Virus genome (UHGV): UHGV-2031204
Strand: one strand, 5' to 3'
DNA length: 64,000 nucleotides
DNA from: a virus
A model generated the notes under the pieces. It was not told where the DNA came from, searched no databases, and saw only the letters and a program-made list of their open reading frames with translations. Both the position numbers and the translations under genes were made by a program. Position 1 is the stretch's first letter. Each line of letters begins with the position of its first letter. Below are positions 27,574-38,307 of this stretch, in pieces.

Positions 27574-28773
27574 TTATCGCGTACCCGCTTCTGCCTGAAC
27601 GTCATCACGGGACGTCAAGTTAGCGTTAACGTGTACTGGAGCCTGAACCACACCACCATATTTCTTGTGGAGATAGCCCGTATGTGGGTTATCCGCCGCA
27701 ATATGGTTTTGCAGGTTCTGATTCGCCTGACTGATTGCGTTCGTGTTATTCGCAACCTGTTGTTTAAGCGCATCCAGGTTTTGTTGCAGATTATCAATTT
27801 TCTGATCGGACTCATTACCCCGCTGTTCTAACGCAGCAATGCGCTGAATCGCTTGGTTGAGTTTGGTGCTCAGATCGTTGATATTTTTCTGTAACTGTAA
27901 CACTAGCGAATTTAGGTTCGCCAATGCCAATGCCATCTTCTGGTAGTTTTGTGCAACGATGTTAAGTTGGTCGTTCCACGCTTCCAAAGATTTGACAACA
28001 GCATCAATACGTTTTCCTAACGCTTCGTCTGCTTTCTTCAACGCATTAATATCAGTAATGGTTGCATCGATGGCAGACTGTACGTCACGGATAAGTGCAC
28101 GGATCTCCGTTTCTGTTAACCCGTTAACCTGGTGAATATCCAGATGGTGGACGTTACCCGTGGCGTTAATGTGCGCGTTCAGCGCGTCCAGGAAATCGTT
28201 TTTCAGGCTTTCGAGAATCGCTTTGATGTTCTCAAGCTGTACAGCATCGCCCGCCGTTATCGCATCTTTGATGCCAGCGAGCACTGTAATAATGTATTCG
28301 AAGCCGTAAATATCGCCGACGTCTTTATACGTCGGTGCCGACGGAAATGTATCAGGAACATTTCGCAAGTCTTTAAAGCCAACAGTTCGATTATCGAGAT
28401 TCAACTCAGCAATCGCCTGTTCTATCGCAGTCACGTTTGCCGACTGCGGACCCCCGACTACTTGCGCCGATACCGTGATATCGGTCGGAATCGCGGTGTT
28501 CGTTACAACAACCGCCATTACCACTTCCCGGTTCTTCGTCAATTTCTCGTAAGCCGGGTGTGCAAAAATCAACTCATAGTCCGTTCCGCGCTCATACGTC
28601 GCATCGGGGCGGTTAGCAACCCGCAAGCGGAACGTATCAGCATAAAACGGTCCGTCAGGAAAAGCAAACGCACGGTTAACTTTACCTGTACCTAACGTAA
28701 CCTGACGCTCCACGGCGTTAGAGGTTAGGCTTCCCGTTAAATCTAAAGGGTATTGGTATACAATGGAGGCCAT
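27574..28773 (-). CDS. Fibre protein with N-terminal anchor domain and long coiled coil (fibritin/whisker-like)
   Basis: ATG 28773 after RBS AAGGAGA; heptad-rich 250-380 region; N-terminal motif shared with the three giant proteins. Confidence 0.6.
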   Translation of the reverse strand: MASIVYQYPLDLTGSLTSNAVERQVTLGTGKVNRAFAFPDGPFYADTFRLRVANRPDATYERGTDYELIFAHPAYEKLTKNREVVMAVVVTNTAIPTDITVSAQVVGGPQSANVTAIEQAIAELNLDNRTVGFKDLRNVPDTFPSAPTYKDVGDIYGFEYIITVLAGIKDAITAGDAVQLENIKAILESLKNDFLDALNAHINATGNVHHLDIHQVNGLTETEIRALIRDVQSAIDATITDINALKKADEALGKRIDAVVKSLEAWNDQLNIVAQNYQKMALALANLNSLVLQLQKNINDLSTKLNQAIQRIAALEQRGNESDQKIDNLQQNLDALKQQVANNTNAISQANQNLQNHIAADNPHTGYLHKKYGGVVQAPVHVNANLTSRDDVQAEAGTR

Positions 28774-28813
28774 GGCCACTCTCCTTAATCCGAGACGTCC
28801 TTGTCTCGTGGCG

Positions 28814-31800
28814 TTAAGATGTAAACATAAGATTGAACTGGAGCTTATCGATATCGCGCGTTTGTGCTGGGTTAACCGCGTCGTACGTGGTTGCCACGTA
28901 AACCGTTAATGTCCCGTCAGCAAACGAGGTTTTCACCGGTGGTGTAGTCCCTGTTTGTCCGTCGGTTACAATGACAACAGGTTGAGCTGGAAGTTGATGG
29001 AACTGACCCTTAACCGCTTTGTACACCAAACCAGATTGCGCTGCTAACTCCGTGTCGGTATACACGATAAACGGTGTGTCGATATCTGTCTGTTTAATGA
29101 CAGTGTTCGTCTCAACGTCAATCAGCTGAACAGCACCGAACTTCATACGGTAGCTATCGTATTCATTTTTTGGAATGACAAACGTAGCATGTACACGGAC
29201 TTCTTCGGCGGGTTTAAATCCGGCGTGTTCTTTTTCCAGATAGCTGTTAGCAGTTAACGTTACTGTCTGTTCAGTCATCGTACCACCAGACTGGTTTAAC
29301 CCGTAACGAACTTGGGTTATACCTGTCGGAGCCGCAAGCCTGATTTTTAGTCTACGGTTAGCGGTGCCGGGATTACCAGGCACTCTAACACGCAGGCTCA
29401 AAGCCAGATATGCATTCGTACCGGTAGTCGGTTTCGTATACGCACCCAACCACTTCATATTCGCGGTTGCCGCTTGACTGTTCTCAGAAGCAGTAGCCGC
29501 TACAACGTTTGCAGCGACCGCTTTCTGCCAGAACTGGTCAGCGCAGTTCTCATACGCTACTCTACCGATACTTTTATAACCTGCATAGGTTTCCTGTATC
29601 GGCAGCTTGGGGCGTGTTGTGATCCCGCTCAACGCATTCCATCTCTGACCATCGACATACCCCGCACCATTGCTCGCGGATGCCGTGGGGGCTTTCAGCG
29701 GTTGGTTAACCAAGGTTTGGAGTGGACCCGTTTTTCGATCGTACGCCGCTGCAACGTCGTGCTGATCTCTAACAGCAGCGTGTTCTTCTAATTCACGAAC
29801 CCTGCCTAACCGTTTCACTTTATCGATGTTAATAGCAACTATACGCTTTTTATCGGTTGTAACTGTACCAACAAATAATCGCGAACTCGTATCCGGCAGC
29901 TTTTCCAGACCGATCTGATATTGAGCTTTCGAACCTACAAGAGCAGCATGAACATAGAACGTCTGGTTAGCATGGTTTTCTGGGAATTCGTTGCTTAAAT
30001 CCACCGACCACGTCGGTAATGTATAGCTATTACTACCGAAATCTAACCTGACCTCTTCCGTCAAGTATAGAATCCAACCTTCCGCGGTTTCCACGCCTGC
30101 GATAATAACTGCCTGCCCCGCTGTTGAGAATGTGGTATCATTAACGAACTCTTCGACTGTGTATGCGTTACCTGAACAGAAAACGCGGTCAGCTTTAGAG
30201 AAAATTCGTGCCATCTTGTCCCAATTACCCGCACCCATGTAACAACCAGATTCTGGGTTGTGGGCAGGAGCCATCTGACGCAACTGTGACTTACCGGGAA
30301 CTCGCGTCCAACCCGACCCAGGGTTAAAGGTATACTTCGCAGCGTAACCCAAAGCATTTAGGTCCCCGATATTCCGTATTGTCAGCGTATAAGGCAGCCA
30401 TAGACCGAAGTTTACACCGTCGGCAGAAGCAAAAATTGGCTGGCCTACACGTCGCGTTTTATTACCCGCTTCTTCCCTCAGAGACTGATAACTTAAGCCG
30501 TAATCAAGGTCTAAGAACCAATCAACGAGTTTGAAAGTAGCCGAGTTAAAACGTAGATAACCATTTTCTTTAGTCGGACTTACCATGAAGTAATAGATGT
30601 CGAGGACCCGACGTCCGTTACTCAAGATTTTCATGCATGAAACTTGTAATAAGTCGAACTCACAAACGGTGTTAATACCTAACATCCAAAGAGCAAACAA
30701 TGCATTGCCGCTTTGGTGTGCTGCACTGATGCGCTCGTTCGCGTAACCATTTGCCTGACCAGATGGTGCGCCATCGACAATCATCCTAATCATCTTCTGG
30801 CGATCCGCTTCCTCTAACGTCAGCCGTTCTGATGACAGGGCAAAGTTACCGTAGATGTTTCGATATGGGAAGGTTTCCGCTTTCGTCAAATACCAACCGT
30901 TTAACTGACCGTGACGCTCCTCTGGAGTCATACATGCAGCCATACAGCTTAACTGTTCGTAAAGCGTCGGATCAACTTCTCGGCGGTTGTTGTTCGGACC
31001 ATAGCCGCTATATCCGGGAACGTCATAAGGTTTACTTGGGTCAACTTCTACTTCGATCGTATAACGGTTACGTGGATTGGATAGCCATACTTTGTTTGAG
31101 CCACCGATACCAACAGGATGAGAAAGACCGATGGTATAGATAGAACCACGACCTTTATCCCAAGTAAATGTTGCTTCGCCTGAGGTATTGTTTGGGTTAT
31201 CGTAACGCAGATAATCAAAAAACTCTTTGCCTTGCGTACTTTTAATAGTAACGTTCGGCATCTGGTCCGCATCGTTAATCTGCCAGCAGGAAAGCATCAT
31301 CCCTGAGACATTAGGTTTAGCATACATCGCAAAACAACGATTGTTTGCCTGTCCACCGCCCCACTTACGACTGGTTTCTACAGTTGAGCCATCCGCGAAC
31401 GATAGTCTGGTAGCATCAACCTTAATGGGGAAACGTTCGGCACCCTCTAACGTAACTCTGCCCGTTAACGTATCGATTGTGAAACTTGTTGACCATTGAC
31501 GGAAATTAATCGTCGTACCGTCGGCAGCCGCAAACCACACGCTGGGCACATGATTCACACGAATCACGCTGTCGCGTACCGCACAAGCATGGTTACATTC
31601 TGGACCGTGAACAAAGTTGTGACCGATTGTCCATTTAGCCCGTGCCTCTGGCGGGTAATACGTAAAGAACTGACCAGTCTGCGACTCTTCGGTCTTCTGA
31701 CCAATTCGTAAACAGAGGTTATCTCCGAATTGCCCCATTTCTCCGGTTAGGGTTACACGTTCAAATTCTAACTCAGTATTAGCAGACAAGTCGGCTTTAC

Positions 31801-33997
31801 GTAAACGCCATGCCGCCACGGCATAAGCAGCGTTATTTACCGTGGAGCGAAGAAGATAAACGTGGTCGTCAACTAACACAACATCGTCAGCTTCTGGCCA
31901 AGGATTCCAGGTTTGTTCCACAGTACCGCTGGGGTTGCCATTACGGTATTTAGGCATTGTAACACGACATACCACCATGTGTTTACTGTGGTCCATTGAA
32001 CCATTGAACAACACCAAATAACGGTTATTGTCAGAACCCAGACAAATAATCGCTTCCTGACCACCGATCAATATAGCTTTTAAGGTCACTCCAGGATATT
32101 TACTCATCCCAACAGGATGGTATTTCACCGAAGTTTGCTGAGGGTTCACAAACACATTCGACGTATTGATATCAGCATAACCGTAGTAAATCGCCTCTGT
32201 ACCAGGTACACCATTAGAAGCATTACGTAACGAATAAACTTTACCTTGTTGGAATCCTACGACACCTTTCTGATAAGACTGATTCTTTGTAAAACCTGAA
32301 TAATTACCGAGTGCCGGGATGGGTAAGAAGTTTTTGTTACCGAACTTCGCCCCACCGACAGTCCACGCAGGTAAGATGGTATTCAGTTTATCGGAAACCT
32401 TCTTGATCTCTTTTGCGAACAACCACCCTTGACGCGACGTGACAGCTTTGTCGTTCGTGGCATCAATCGCATCCCACAGCTGTAAAATACCATCTACAGT
32501 CGCACTACCAATCGGGACATTATCCAAATCGGCGGTAGTGTGCGTGTGCTCCTTCACACTTTTATTTTTCAGCACGTTCGCTAACGCTTTTGTTACCGGT
32601 TTAGCGATCGGCATGGTGTTATCCATCTTATCGATACCGAAATCGGTTTTCGTTAAGGTTAACACCATTTTATCGCCCGTCTTAACAAACCCTTTACCGT
32701 TAACCGTGTAGTCATCGTCAACGTACAAGTCTAACCGGTCTTTTAATTCGGTCACCGCCTTTTGGGAAATAGCAGTGCCTAGTGCTACGGAGGTTGCGAT
32801 ATTCGTAATCGAAAACACCCCATAAACCGACTCGGTTGCTGTGGGAATATTCGCGTTCAACGTTAGCGGGTTAGACTGCTTCGCTGTACCGTATGGTTTT
32901 ACGGTGTCTGATGGTTTGAAATAGGCATTTGCTTCAAGTAACGTTACAGACGTCAGGTACATGTTCACCATTTCTGGTGTAACCAAATACACGGAGTTGT
33001 AAACCGGGGCTAATACATCTTGTTCTGTCCCAGAGTGTACCCAAAGCGTATTCAGGCCCGCACTAAATTCAACCGCCAAACCCGATTCGTTGTTGTCCTG
33101 GTCCGCTTTAATCACTAACGGTTGTGGTGAGGTAATTAACCACTTATCACCACGGATACTGATAATGTGCCCGCCTGCGGTTTTAAACGTCAGTTCGTTA
33201 CCATTCGTGCTCCCCCATCGACCGTAAACAGTACCGAGGGCTTCACCCATTAACTGATCGACGTCTGACTGCTCAATGCCCGCCGAACCCATCAGCGTAG
33301 CCAATTCGTCAATCGTCAGTCCAAACGCTTTTGTCGCGTCAACAGCACGTCCTAAGACTGGAAGGGCACCAACGTCAGTGGTCGTATACTGGTGTGCGTT
33401 AGGATTAAGGTGGTGTTGGTATAACCCCTCGTCGAAAACCTTTTTACCGTTCTCGTAAATCAGGTTAGTGACTTCGGTAAACGCTGCATCTAACTCTGTT
33501 GAACGTTGAACGATTTTCTTACGGATGTCGTTTAACGCTTTAACAACCTCATCCCTCAGAATAGCTTCTTCTAAGTTAGCAGGAGGATCGATGGGTTGAA
33601 TAACTGGCGCATACGCCATTAACTCTGACCAGTCCACGTTACGTGGGTCTTTCAGGTCAGTACGAACTAAGAACTTTCCGATTTCAGATTGTGGTACACG
33701 ATACTGGCGTGCTACCCCTAAAATCTCATATTCGATTTCTGTTGCGGTCAGCAACATGAACCCGCCGTAGATCTGATCTTGCTCAGCTTCTGCGAGTTCT
33801 TTAAAGTAATAGCCTAAATAGTAGTCCAACCCCTCAATCAGAGTACGACGTCCGTTAGGCGCGGTATCGTCGGCTACTGTGAGTTTTAATCCGATACGAT
33901 AAAAAGGTCCTTCAGGCGGAATGACCACATTAAATCGGTTAGGGTACGTCGCTGTGCTTAACGTACCGTTAAACTGCGCCGCGTCTTCTCTCGGCAT
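28814..33997 (-). CDS. Giant fibre-like structural protein (1727 aa)
   Basis: N-terminal VVIPPEGPFYRIGLKL…GLDYYLGYY shared-anchor motif. Confidence 0.7.
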   Translation of the reverse strand: MPREDAAQFNGTLSTATYPNRFNVVIPPEGPFYRIGLKLTVADDTAPNGRRTLIEGLDYYLGYYFKELAEAEQDQIYGGFMLLTATEIEYEILGVARQYRVPQSEIGKFLVRTDLKDPRNVDWSELMAYAPVIQPIDPPANLEEAILRDEVVKALNDIRKKIVQRSTELDAAFTEVTNLIYENGKKVFDEGLYQHHLNPNAHQYTTTDVGALPVLGRAVDATKAFGLTIDELATLMGSAGIEQSDVDQLMGEALGTVYGRWGSTNGNELTFKTAGGHIISIRGDKWLITSPQPLVIKADQDNNESGLAVEFSAGLNTLWVHSGTEQDVLAPVYNSVYLVTPEMVNMYLTSVTLLEANAYFKPSDTVKPYGTAKQSNPLTLNANIPTATESVYGVFSITNIATSVALGTAISQKAVTELKDRLDLYVDDDYTVNGKGFVKTGDKMVLTLTKTDFGIDKMDNTMPIAKPVTKALANVLKNKSVKEHTHTTADLDNVPIGSATVDGILQLWDAIDATNDKAVTSRQGWLFAKEIKKVSDKLNTILPAWTVGGAKFGNKNFLPIPALGNYSGFTKNQSYQKGVVGFQQGKVYSLRNASNGVPGTEAIYYGYADINTSNVFVNPQQTSVKYHPVGMSKYPGVTLKAILIGGQEAIICLGSDNNRYLVLFNGSMDHSKHMVVCRVTMPKYRNGNPSGTVEQTWNPWPEADDVVLVDDHVYLLRSTVNNAAYAVAAWRLRKADLSANTELEFERVTLTGEMGQFGDNLCLRIGQKTEESQTGQFFTYYPPEARAKWTIGHNFVHGPECNHACAVRDSVIRVNHVPSVWFAAADGTTINFRQWSTSFTIDTLTGRVTLEGAERFPIKVDATRLSFADGSTVETSRKWGGGQANNRCFAMYAKPNVSGMMLSCWQINDADQMPNVTIKSTQGKEFFDYLRYDNPNNTSGEATFTWDKGRGSIYTIGLSHPVGIGGSNKVWLSNPRNRYTIEVEVDPSKPYDVPGYSGYGPNNNRREVDPTLYEQLSCMAACMTPEERHGQLNGWYLTKAETFPYRNIYGNFALSSERLTLEEADRQKMIRMIVDGAPSGQANGYANERISAAHQSGNALFALWMLGINTVCEFDLLQVSCMKILSNGRRVLDIYYFMVSPTKENGYLRFNSATFKLVDWFLDLDYGLSYQSLREEAGNKTRRVGQPIFASADGVNFGLWLPYTLTIRNIGDLNALGYAAKYTFNPGSGWTRVPGKSQLRQMAPAHNPESGCYMGAGNWDKMARIFSKADRVFCSGNAYTVEEFVNDTTFSTAGQAVIIAGVETAEGWILYLTEEVRLDFGSNSYTLPTWSVDLSNEFPENHANQTFYVHAALVGSKAQYQIGLEKLPDTSSRLFVGTVTTDKKRIVAINIDKVKRLGRVRELEEHAAVRDQHDVAAAYDRKTGPLQTLVNQPLKAPTASASNGAGYVDGQRWNALSGITTRPKLPIQETYAGYKSIGRVAYENCADQFWQKAVAANVVAATASENSQAATANMKWLGAYTKPTTGTNAYLALSLRVRVPGNPGTANRRLKIRLAAPTGITQVRYGLNQSGGTMTEQTVTLTANSYLEKEHAGFKPAEEVRVHATFVIPKNEYDSYRMKFGAVQLIDVETNTVIKQTDIDTPFIVYTDTELAAQSGLVYKAVKGQFHQLPAQPVVIVTDGQTGTTPPVKTSFADGTLTVYVATTYDAVNPAQTRDIDKLQFNLMFTS

Positions 33998-34091
33998 CGT
34001 AAAGACTCCTACTTTTAAATAAAATGGATACCCCTCCCCATTACAGGGAGGGGTTACCTACGGACACACAACTGCCCGCAGGCAGCCTGTC

Positions 34092-37000
34092 CTAAGTACG
34101 ATCCCCTAACTGCTTCCCGTTAAGTTCTCGTTTCAGTACAGCCAAAATCCACTTCCACGCTTTACTCGTGATGTGGTACGGATTGCGTTTCTCCATTAAG
34201 AACTGACTTTCGCCGCTACGGAGTTCGAAGCTCTGCGCATTGAGTTGGTCTTGACGAACACCGTTCTCGTCAGTGACATCTAACGAACAGGTAAAGTTAA
34301 GCTCGTAGCCTTCAGGATTATTACCCGGTGGTTCTAAGACAATATAAATGTCCTGCCCTACACGTTGGTCCTTTGGCGTAAGGGTAACTGCTTTACCTGT
34401 GTCCGCGTTGGTCGAAAGCGCAAACGGTACGCTATCGATAGCTGATACATACGCGTCCTTCCCAGCATCACCGATAATCACCTTACCCGGCCAGTTACAC
34501 TTCACCGTTCCTGTCACTTTTGCAACACGGTACTGCTGTTTATCAGCACCTTGTGCAAAGCGTAAAATGAGTTTATGCCGATACCGGTTTGCGGCAACTT
34601 TGGATGTACTCCACTCATTGTTCCAGGAGGCATGAAGTTCACCTTTCTTGGCCATCAAAGCACCACGAGACAGCTTACGTGGGAAGAATTGTGCCGGAAG
34701 TTGCCCTTCGTGGGAAATCGCTACACTCCCTTGTCCGGTTGGAAGTGCTATTGTTTCCGTAGGGCAATAATTTAACTCGTACACGTGTGTTGTAGGATCG
34801 ATCAATTTCTGATAGTAATCACCGTCCTTACTGTCCGCTAACCAACCAACGGAAGAATCCGTATACGATTCAAACAGTGAACGTAAATAGTGATACTTAT
34901 CGATATCGATGTTGCCCGTTTTTGGATCGATCAGTGCATGGTTAATAGTGAGGAAACACTTCTCACTCAAACCATTAAACGCCAGCCCCACACCGTCACC
35001 GGTAAAATAGTCTACCAGGTCAAATGGAAGCGTCATTTCTATTTGTCGCAGGTTGATAGTCGTTGAACCAAACTGCGAAAAAGATAGCGCTAAACGAAGT
35101 ACACGAGTATTAACATTATAACGATAACGAATCATCCCACGCGGCGCATGGTTCGCGGAGATCTTATCACCGTTTGCACCCCACCCAATTAAATCGAGTA
35201 TTTCGGCGTTTGCTACTTCACCATTAAACAAAACGTCTTTAGTCGTGACTTCAACTGACGTTTCCCTTCCGGCATCCATCAACATCGAACCGTTATTCAA
35301 CTCGAAGCTCTTGTGCCAAACTTCAGAAGTCGAACCAGCACCTACACCCACCTTACAAGTTTTACTAGTAAGGTTAATACGCACATAACGGCGTCCCACT
35401 GTACCGCCCTGCGAGCTTGCACACAAAATAAGATCAGGTGCCGCAGACAGTGCCTTGGTCCCTCCAATGTCATCAACATCGAAAACGAATGAACCTTCGA
35501 ACGTTGGTGCGTTATTTTCCTTCGGGTTAAATGGCGTAAACCAACAATAAGGCGTCGCGCCCTCGGTTGAGAAAATCAACTCTAAGTCAGATTTAACATT
35601 TAATCCGTGGGAATAAGAAAAAAGACCGCGACTTAAGGTACAGAGCGTTCCACCGCTTCCGCTACCTAACGTTTTTCGATATATTAAAGCGCGGGGTTCT
35701 GGGATAGCACGGTTTAATAACGGCAACCGTGGGTTATCCGTTAACGCCCAGTCTACAGAACTGAGTCCGTGCGCTTTGCGTGTGTCAATATGTTCACTAA
35801 CCTCGGTACTTTTCCCGAAATCAAACGTGGTTTCAAAACTCACGGTTTTATTCGAGTAAGATTCACCGGCAACAATATCAACGTAGCCAATATATCCGCG
35901 CTCAGGGTCAACTGCAATACTCTGAATTGGCTCAGTACGCGAATACAGAGAGCCTGTGAGCATGTTAACGTACAGATAATGACGAATGCCTACGTGTGTT
36001 GTAACGAACTCTTGGAGAAGCTCTACGTGCGTTTCAGGACCACTGAAATAAACGGGGTAGTCACCGTCGTAAATTTCGAATTGCACCGCTGCGGATTTAG
36101 CCGTGTCGCTACACTCAGCTTTAACCGCTACGGTGTAGTTTTCAACGTCTGCTGATGTTTCATACACTGCAACAAGCGGAGACTGGCCTGTGGCTGCCTG
36201 GATACCGTTAATGTAAACTGTAACCGGGCCACCCCCTGCGGCATAAACCCAAAGCTTCGGCTGGCGTGCTCTTACCCGCGTTTTTGCCAACACAGTAACA
36301 ACTGACTGGTCACCCATCTGTGAGGCAGTTTTACCTACCGGAACAGATTGGAAACCCATTAGTGGTGGTTCTTCAATACCTGTCCAGCTAATGCCCTTAC
36401 CAGCACTCACTTTCCCCGTAGGCCAAGTCGTCTCAATTTGGTTGTTCGGTGAGAACCAGTTAAACATCGGTGTAGTTTGCAGGTCAATCGAACCTGTAAC
36501 GGCGCTATCAGCTTTCGCGCCGTTCAGCAAATAGAAATATTTCAAATCTTGAACGGAGATTGCCGTACCCTGGCTATTAAAGCGCCAGTCTGCGCCTTTT
36601 ACCGCAGCGAAATCCGTTACCGACCCTTCTTTCGCGTTTGCAATCGCCGCAGCAACCACATCTAAACGCGCCGAAAGTTCTTTTAAAATGTTCGGCACCA
36701 CTGCACGGTTTTCAACCAAACCGTTCTGGTTAGTTGCGTAACGACCGATACCGTAAACGGATTGCGAGGCTTTATAAATGCCTAGTTCCGACCAATCGTG
36801 GTGGTGGCCTGCATCCGCTAAGCCGCTAAGTGCCGCATTTAACTCGGTAGACAACGGCTTGTCAACGTCTGCGGTGTTATCCGCTTGCCCTAACCCCAGA
36901 TCAGCTTTCGTGATTGTCCTGGAGCCGTCGTTCATCGGCTTACCGTTAATCATGGTCGTTTTAGCCACATACCCCGATAGGTCGGTCGAGTATGGTGCTA

Positions 37001-38297
37001 ACGAAGCCGGAGTTGCAGCAACCCCAGTCGTTTCTGTACCTTTACCTGTTTTAAGTTTAGCGACGCCTTTTTCGGCGGTTGTCGCTTTTGTTGGGTCGAT
37101 AGTCCCCACGATAGGGTCGGCGCGAGAACCTTTACCGGTAAAGCTAATCCCATTACGGCCTTCAATGTACACCTTCGAGTCATCAGGGTCGCCACCGCCA
37201 CCAGAACCCGCATCTGGATCTTGTTGGTATTCCATCAATGTCGTGGTAGTCAGTAACGGGTTACCGTTCAGGGTGAGTTTGTTCATCCCTAAAGCATCGC
37301 CTGTTGACTCGATGCGTAATGTGTTTTTACCGGCACGCCAATTAATGTAACGTCCTGCACCTGTGCCTTCCAGATGTCCTACCGCTAATACCACAGAACC
37401 GTTGGATTTTAACGTAAAACCATCGTTGGCAAAAATGATTTCTGACTCACCGTTTTTCGAACGGAACTGTGCGCGGTTTCCTGACACCGTACAGTTAAAC
37501 ACGCCCCGTACTTCCGAAGAAATCCAGTGAGAGATATACGTGTCGATAACCGACTGCGGTAAACGAAACGCTTTCAGCTCATCCGTCAGTGCTTTCAACT
37601 TTAACCCGTACGCCATAAAGGTGTCGGGGGTTTTCAAGTTAACAGGATGCGCGTTAATCTGCGCGGATGTGGTTTCGTGCGGGTTCTTCGCTGCGATGTG
37701 TGCCGGGTAGTTAAATGCTTCGATTTCTTTACCCAACGCAGTCACTAACGCTTTAACTTCAGCTAATTTGTCTTTAATTAACTGGTTAGCGTCGTCGGTT
37801 TTCAATTCAATATCGTGAACTGCCGACGCTAAATATTTTTTGTTCAGCAAATCCGCCCAGGACGTTGCTGCTGGCGTCGCTGGATATAACGATGGTCTAC
37901 CGTCTAATAACAACCAGTCAGCACTGACTGGGTTATTCAAATATTTCACCAGTTCATCAAGAATATCAACGAACGGGTCGTAGAACGTACCACCGAGCAT
38001 TTGTCCTTCAAAGGTTACGATGCCTTTGATGGATGGGTTGATAAGGTGTACCCCACAATACACGTTGGCTGCTACCGAGTCATCCAGTTCCGTCAGCTGA
38101 TATTGCAGTTCGTAGTCCACCCCACGACTCAGTGGGGTGGTTGAACCTGGTTGTCTGACGACCAAATCTTCAAAGAACGGGCGGTGGTCTAAAATCACCA
38201 CCCGATCGTTGTTGTTCTCTGACCCGATGATACGCTCCTCTAAGAAGTGATTCTCGGCTTTCGTCCCCCGAGGATCGTAAGGATACGCTTTCATCAA
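34092..38297 (-). CDS. Giant fibre-like structural protein (1401 aa)
   Basis: N-terminal VVILDHRPFFEDLVVRQ…GVDYELQYQ anchor motif; hairpin at 34012-34040 between this gene and the next. Confidence 0.7.
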   Translation of the reverse strand: MMKAYPYDPRGTKAENHFLEERIIGSENNNDRVVILDHRPFFEDLVVRQPGSTTPLSRGVDYELQYQLTELDDSVAANVYCGVHLINPSIKGIVTFEGQMLGGTFYDPFVDILDELVKYLNNPVSADWLLLDGRPSLYPATPAATSWADLLNKKYLASAVHDIELKTDDANQLIKDKLAEVKALVTALGKEIEAFNYPAHIAAKNPHETTSAQINAHPVNLKTPDTFMAYGLKLKALTDELKAFRLPQSVIDTYISHWISSEVRGVFNCTVSGNRAQFRSKNGESEIIFANDGFTLKSNGSVVLAVGHLEGTGAGRYINWRAGKNTLRIESTGDALGMNKLTLNGNPLLTTTTLMEYQQDPDAGSGGGGDPDDSKVYIEGRNGISFTGKGSRADPIVGTIDPTKATTAEKGVAKLKTGKGTETTGVAATPASLAPYSTDLSGYVAKTTMINGKPMNDGSRTITKADLGLGQADNTADVDKPLSTELNAALSGLADAGHHHDWSELGIYKASQSVYGIGRYATNQNGLVENRAVVPNILKELSARLDVVAAAIANAKEGSVTDFAAVKGADWRFNSQGTAISVQDLKYFYLLNGAKADSAVTGSIDLQTTPMFNWFSPNNQIETTWPTGKVSAGKGISWTGIEEPPLMGFQSVPVGKTASQMGDQSVVTVLAKTRVRARQPKLWVYAAGGGPVTVYINGIQAATGQSPLVAVYETSADVENYTVAVKAECSDTAKSAAVQFEIYDGDYPVYFSGPETHVELLQEFVTTHVGIRHYLYVNMLTGSLYSRTEPIQSIAVDPERGYIGYVDIVAGESYSNKTVSFETTFDFGKSTEVSEHIDTRKAHGLSSVDWALTDNPRLPLLNRAIPEPRALIYRKTLGSGSGGTLCTLSRGLFSYSHGLNVKSDLELIFSTEGATPYCWFTPFNPKENNAPTFEGSFVFDVDDIGGTKALSAAPDLILCASSQGGTVGRRYVRINLTSKTCKVGVGAGSTSEVWHKSFELNNGSMLMDAGRETSVEVTTKDVLFNGEVANAEILDLIGWGANGDKISANHAPRGMIRYRYNVNTRVLRLALSFSQFGSTTINLRQIEMTLPFDLVDYFTGDGVGLAFNGLSEKCFLTINHALIDPKTGNIDIDKYHYLRSLFESYTDSSVGWLADSKDGDYYQKLIDPTTHVYELNYCPTETIALPTGQGSVAISHEGQLPAQFFPRKLSRGALMAKKGELHASWNNEWSTSKVAANRYRHKLILRFAQGADKQQYRVAKVTGTVKCNWPGKVIIGDAGKDAYVSAIDSVPFALSTNADTGKAVTLTPKDQRVGQDIYIVLEPPGNNPEGYELNFTCSLDVTDENGVRQDQLNAQSFELRSGESQFLMEKRNPYHITSKAWKWILAVLKRELNGKQLGDRT

Positions 38298-38307
38298 AAA
38301 AATCTCC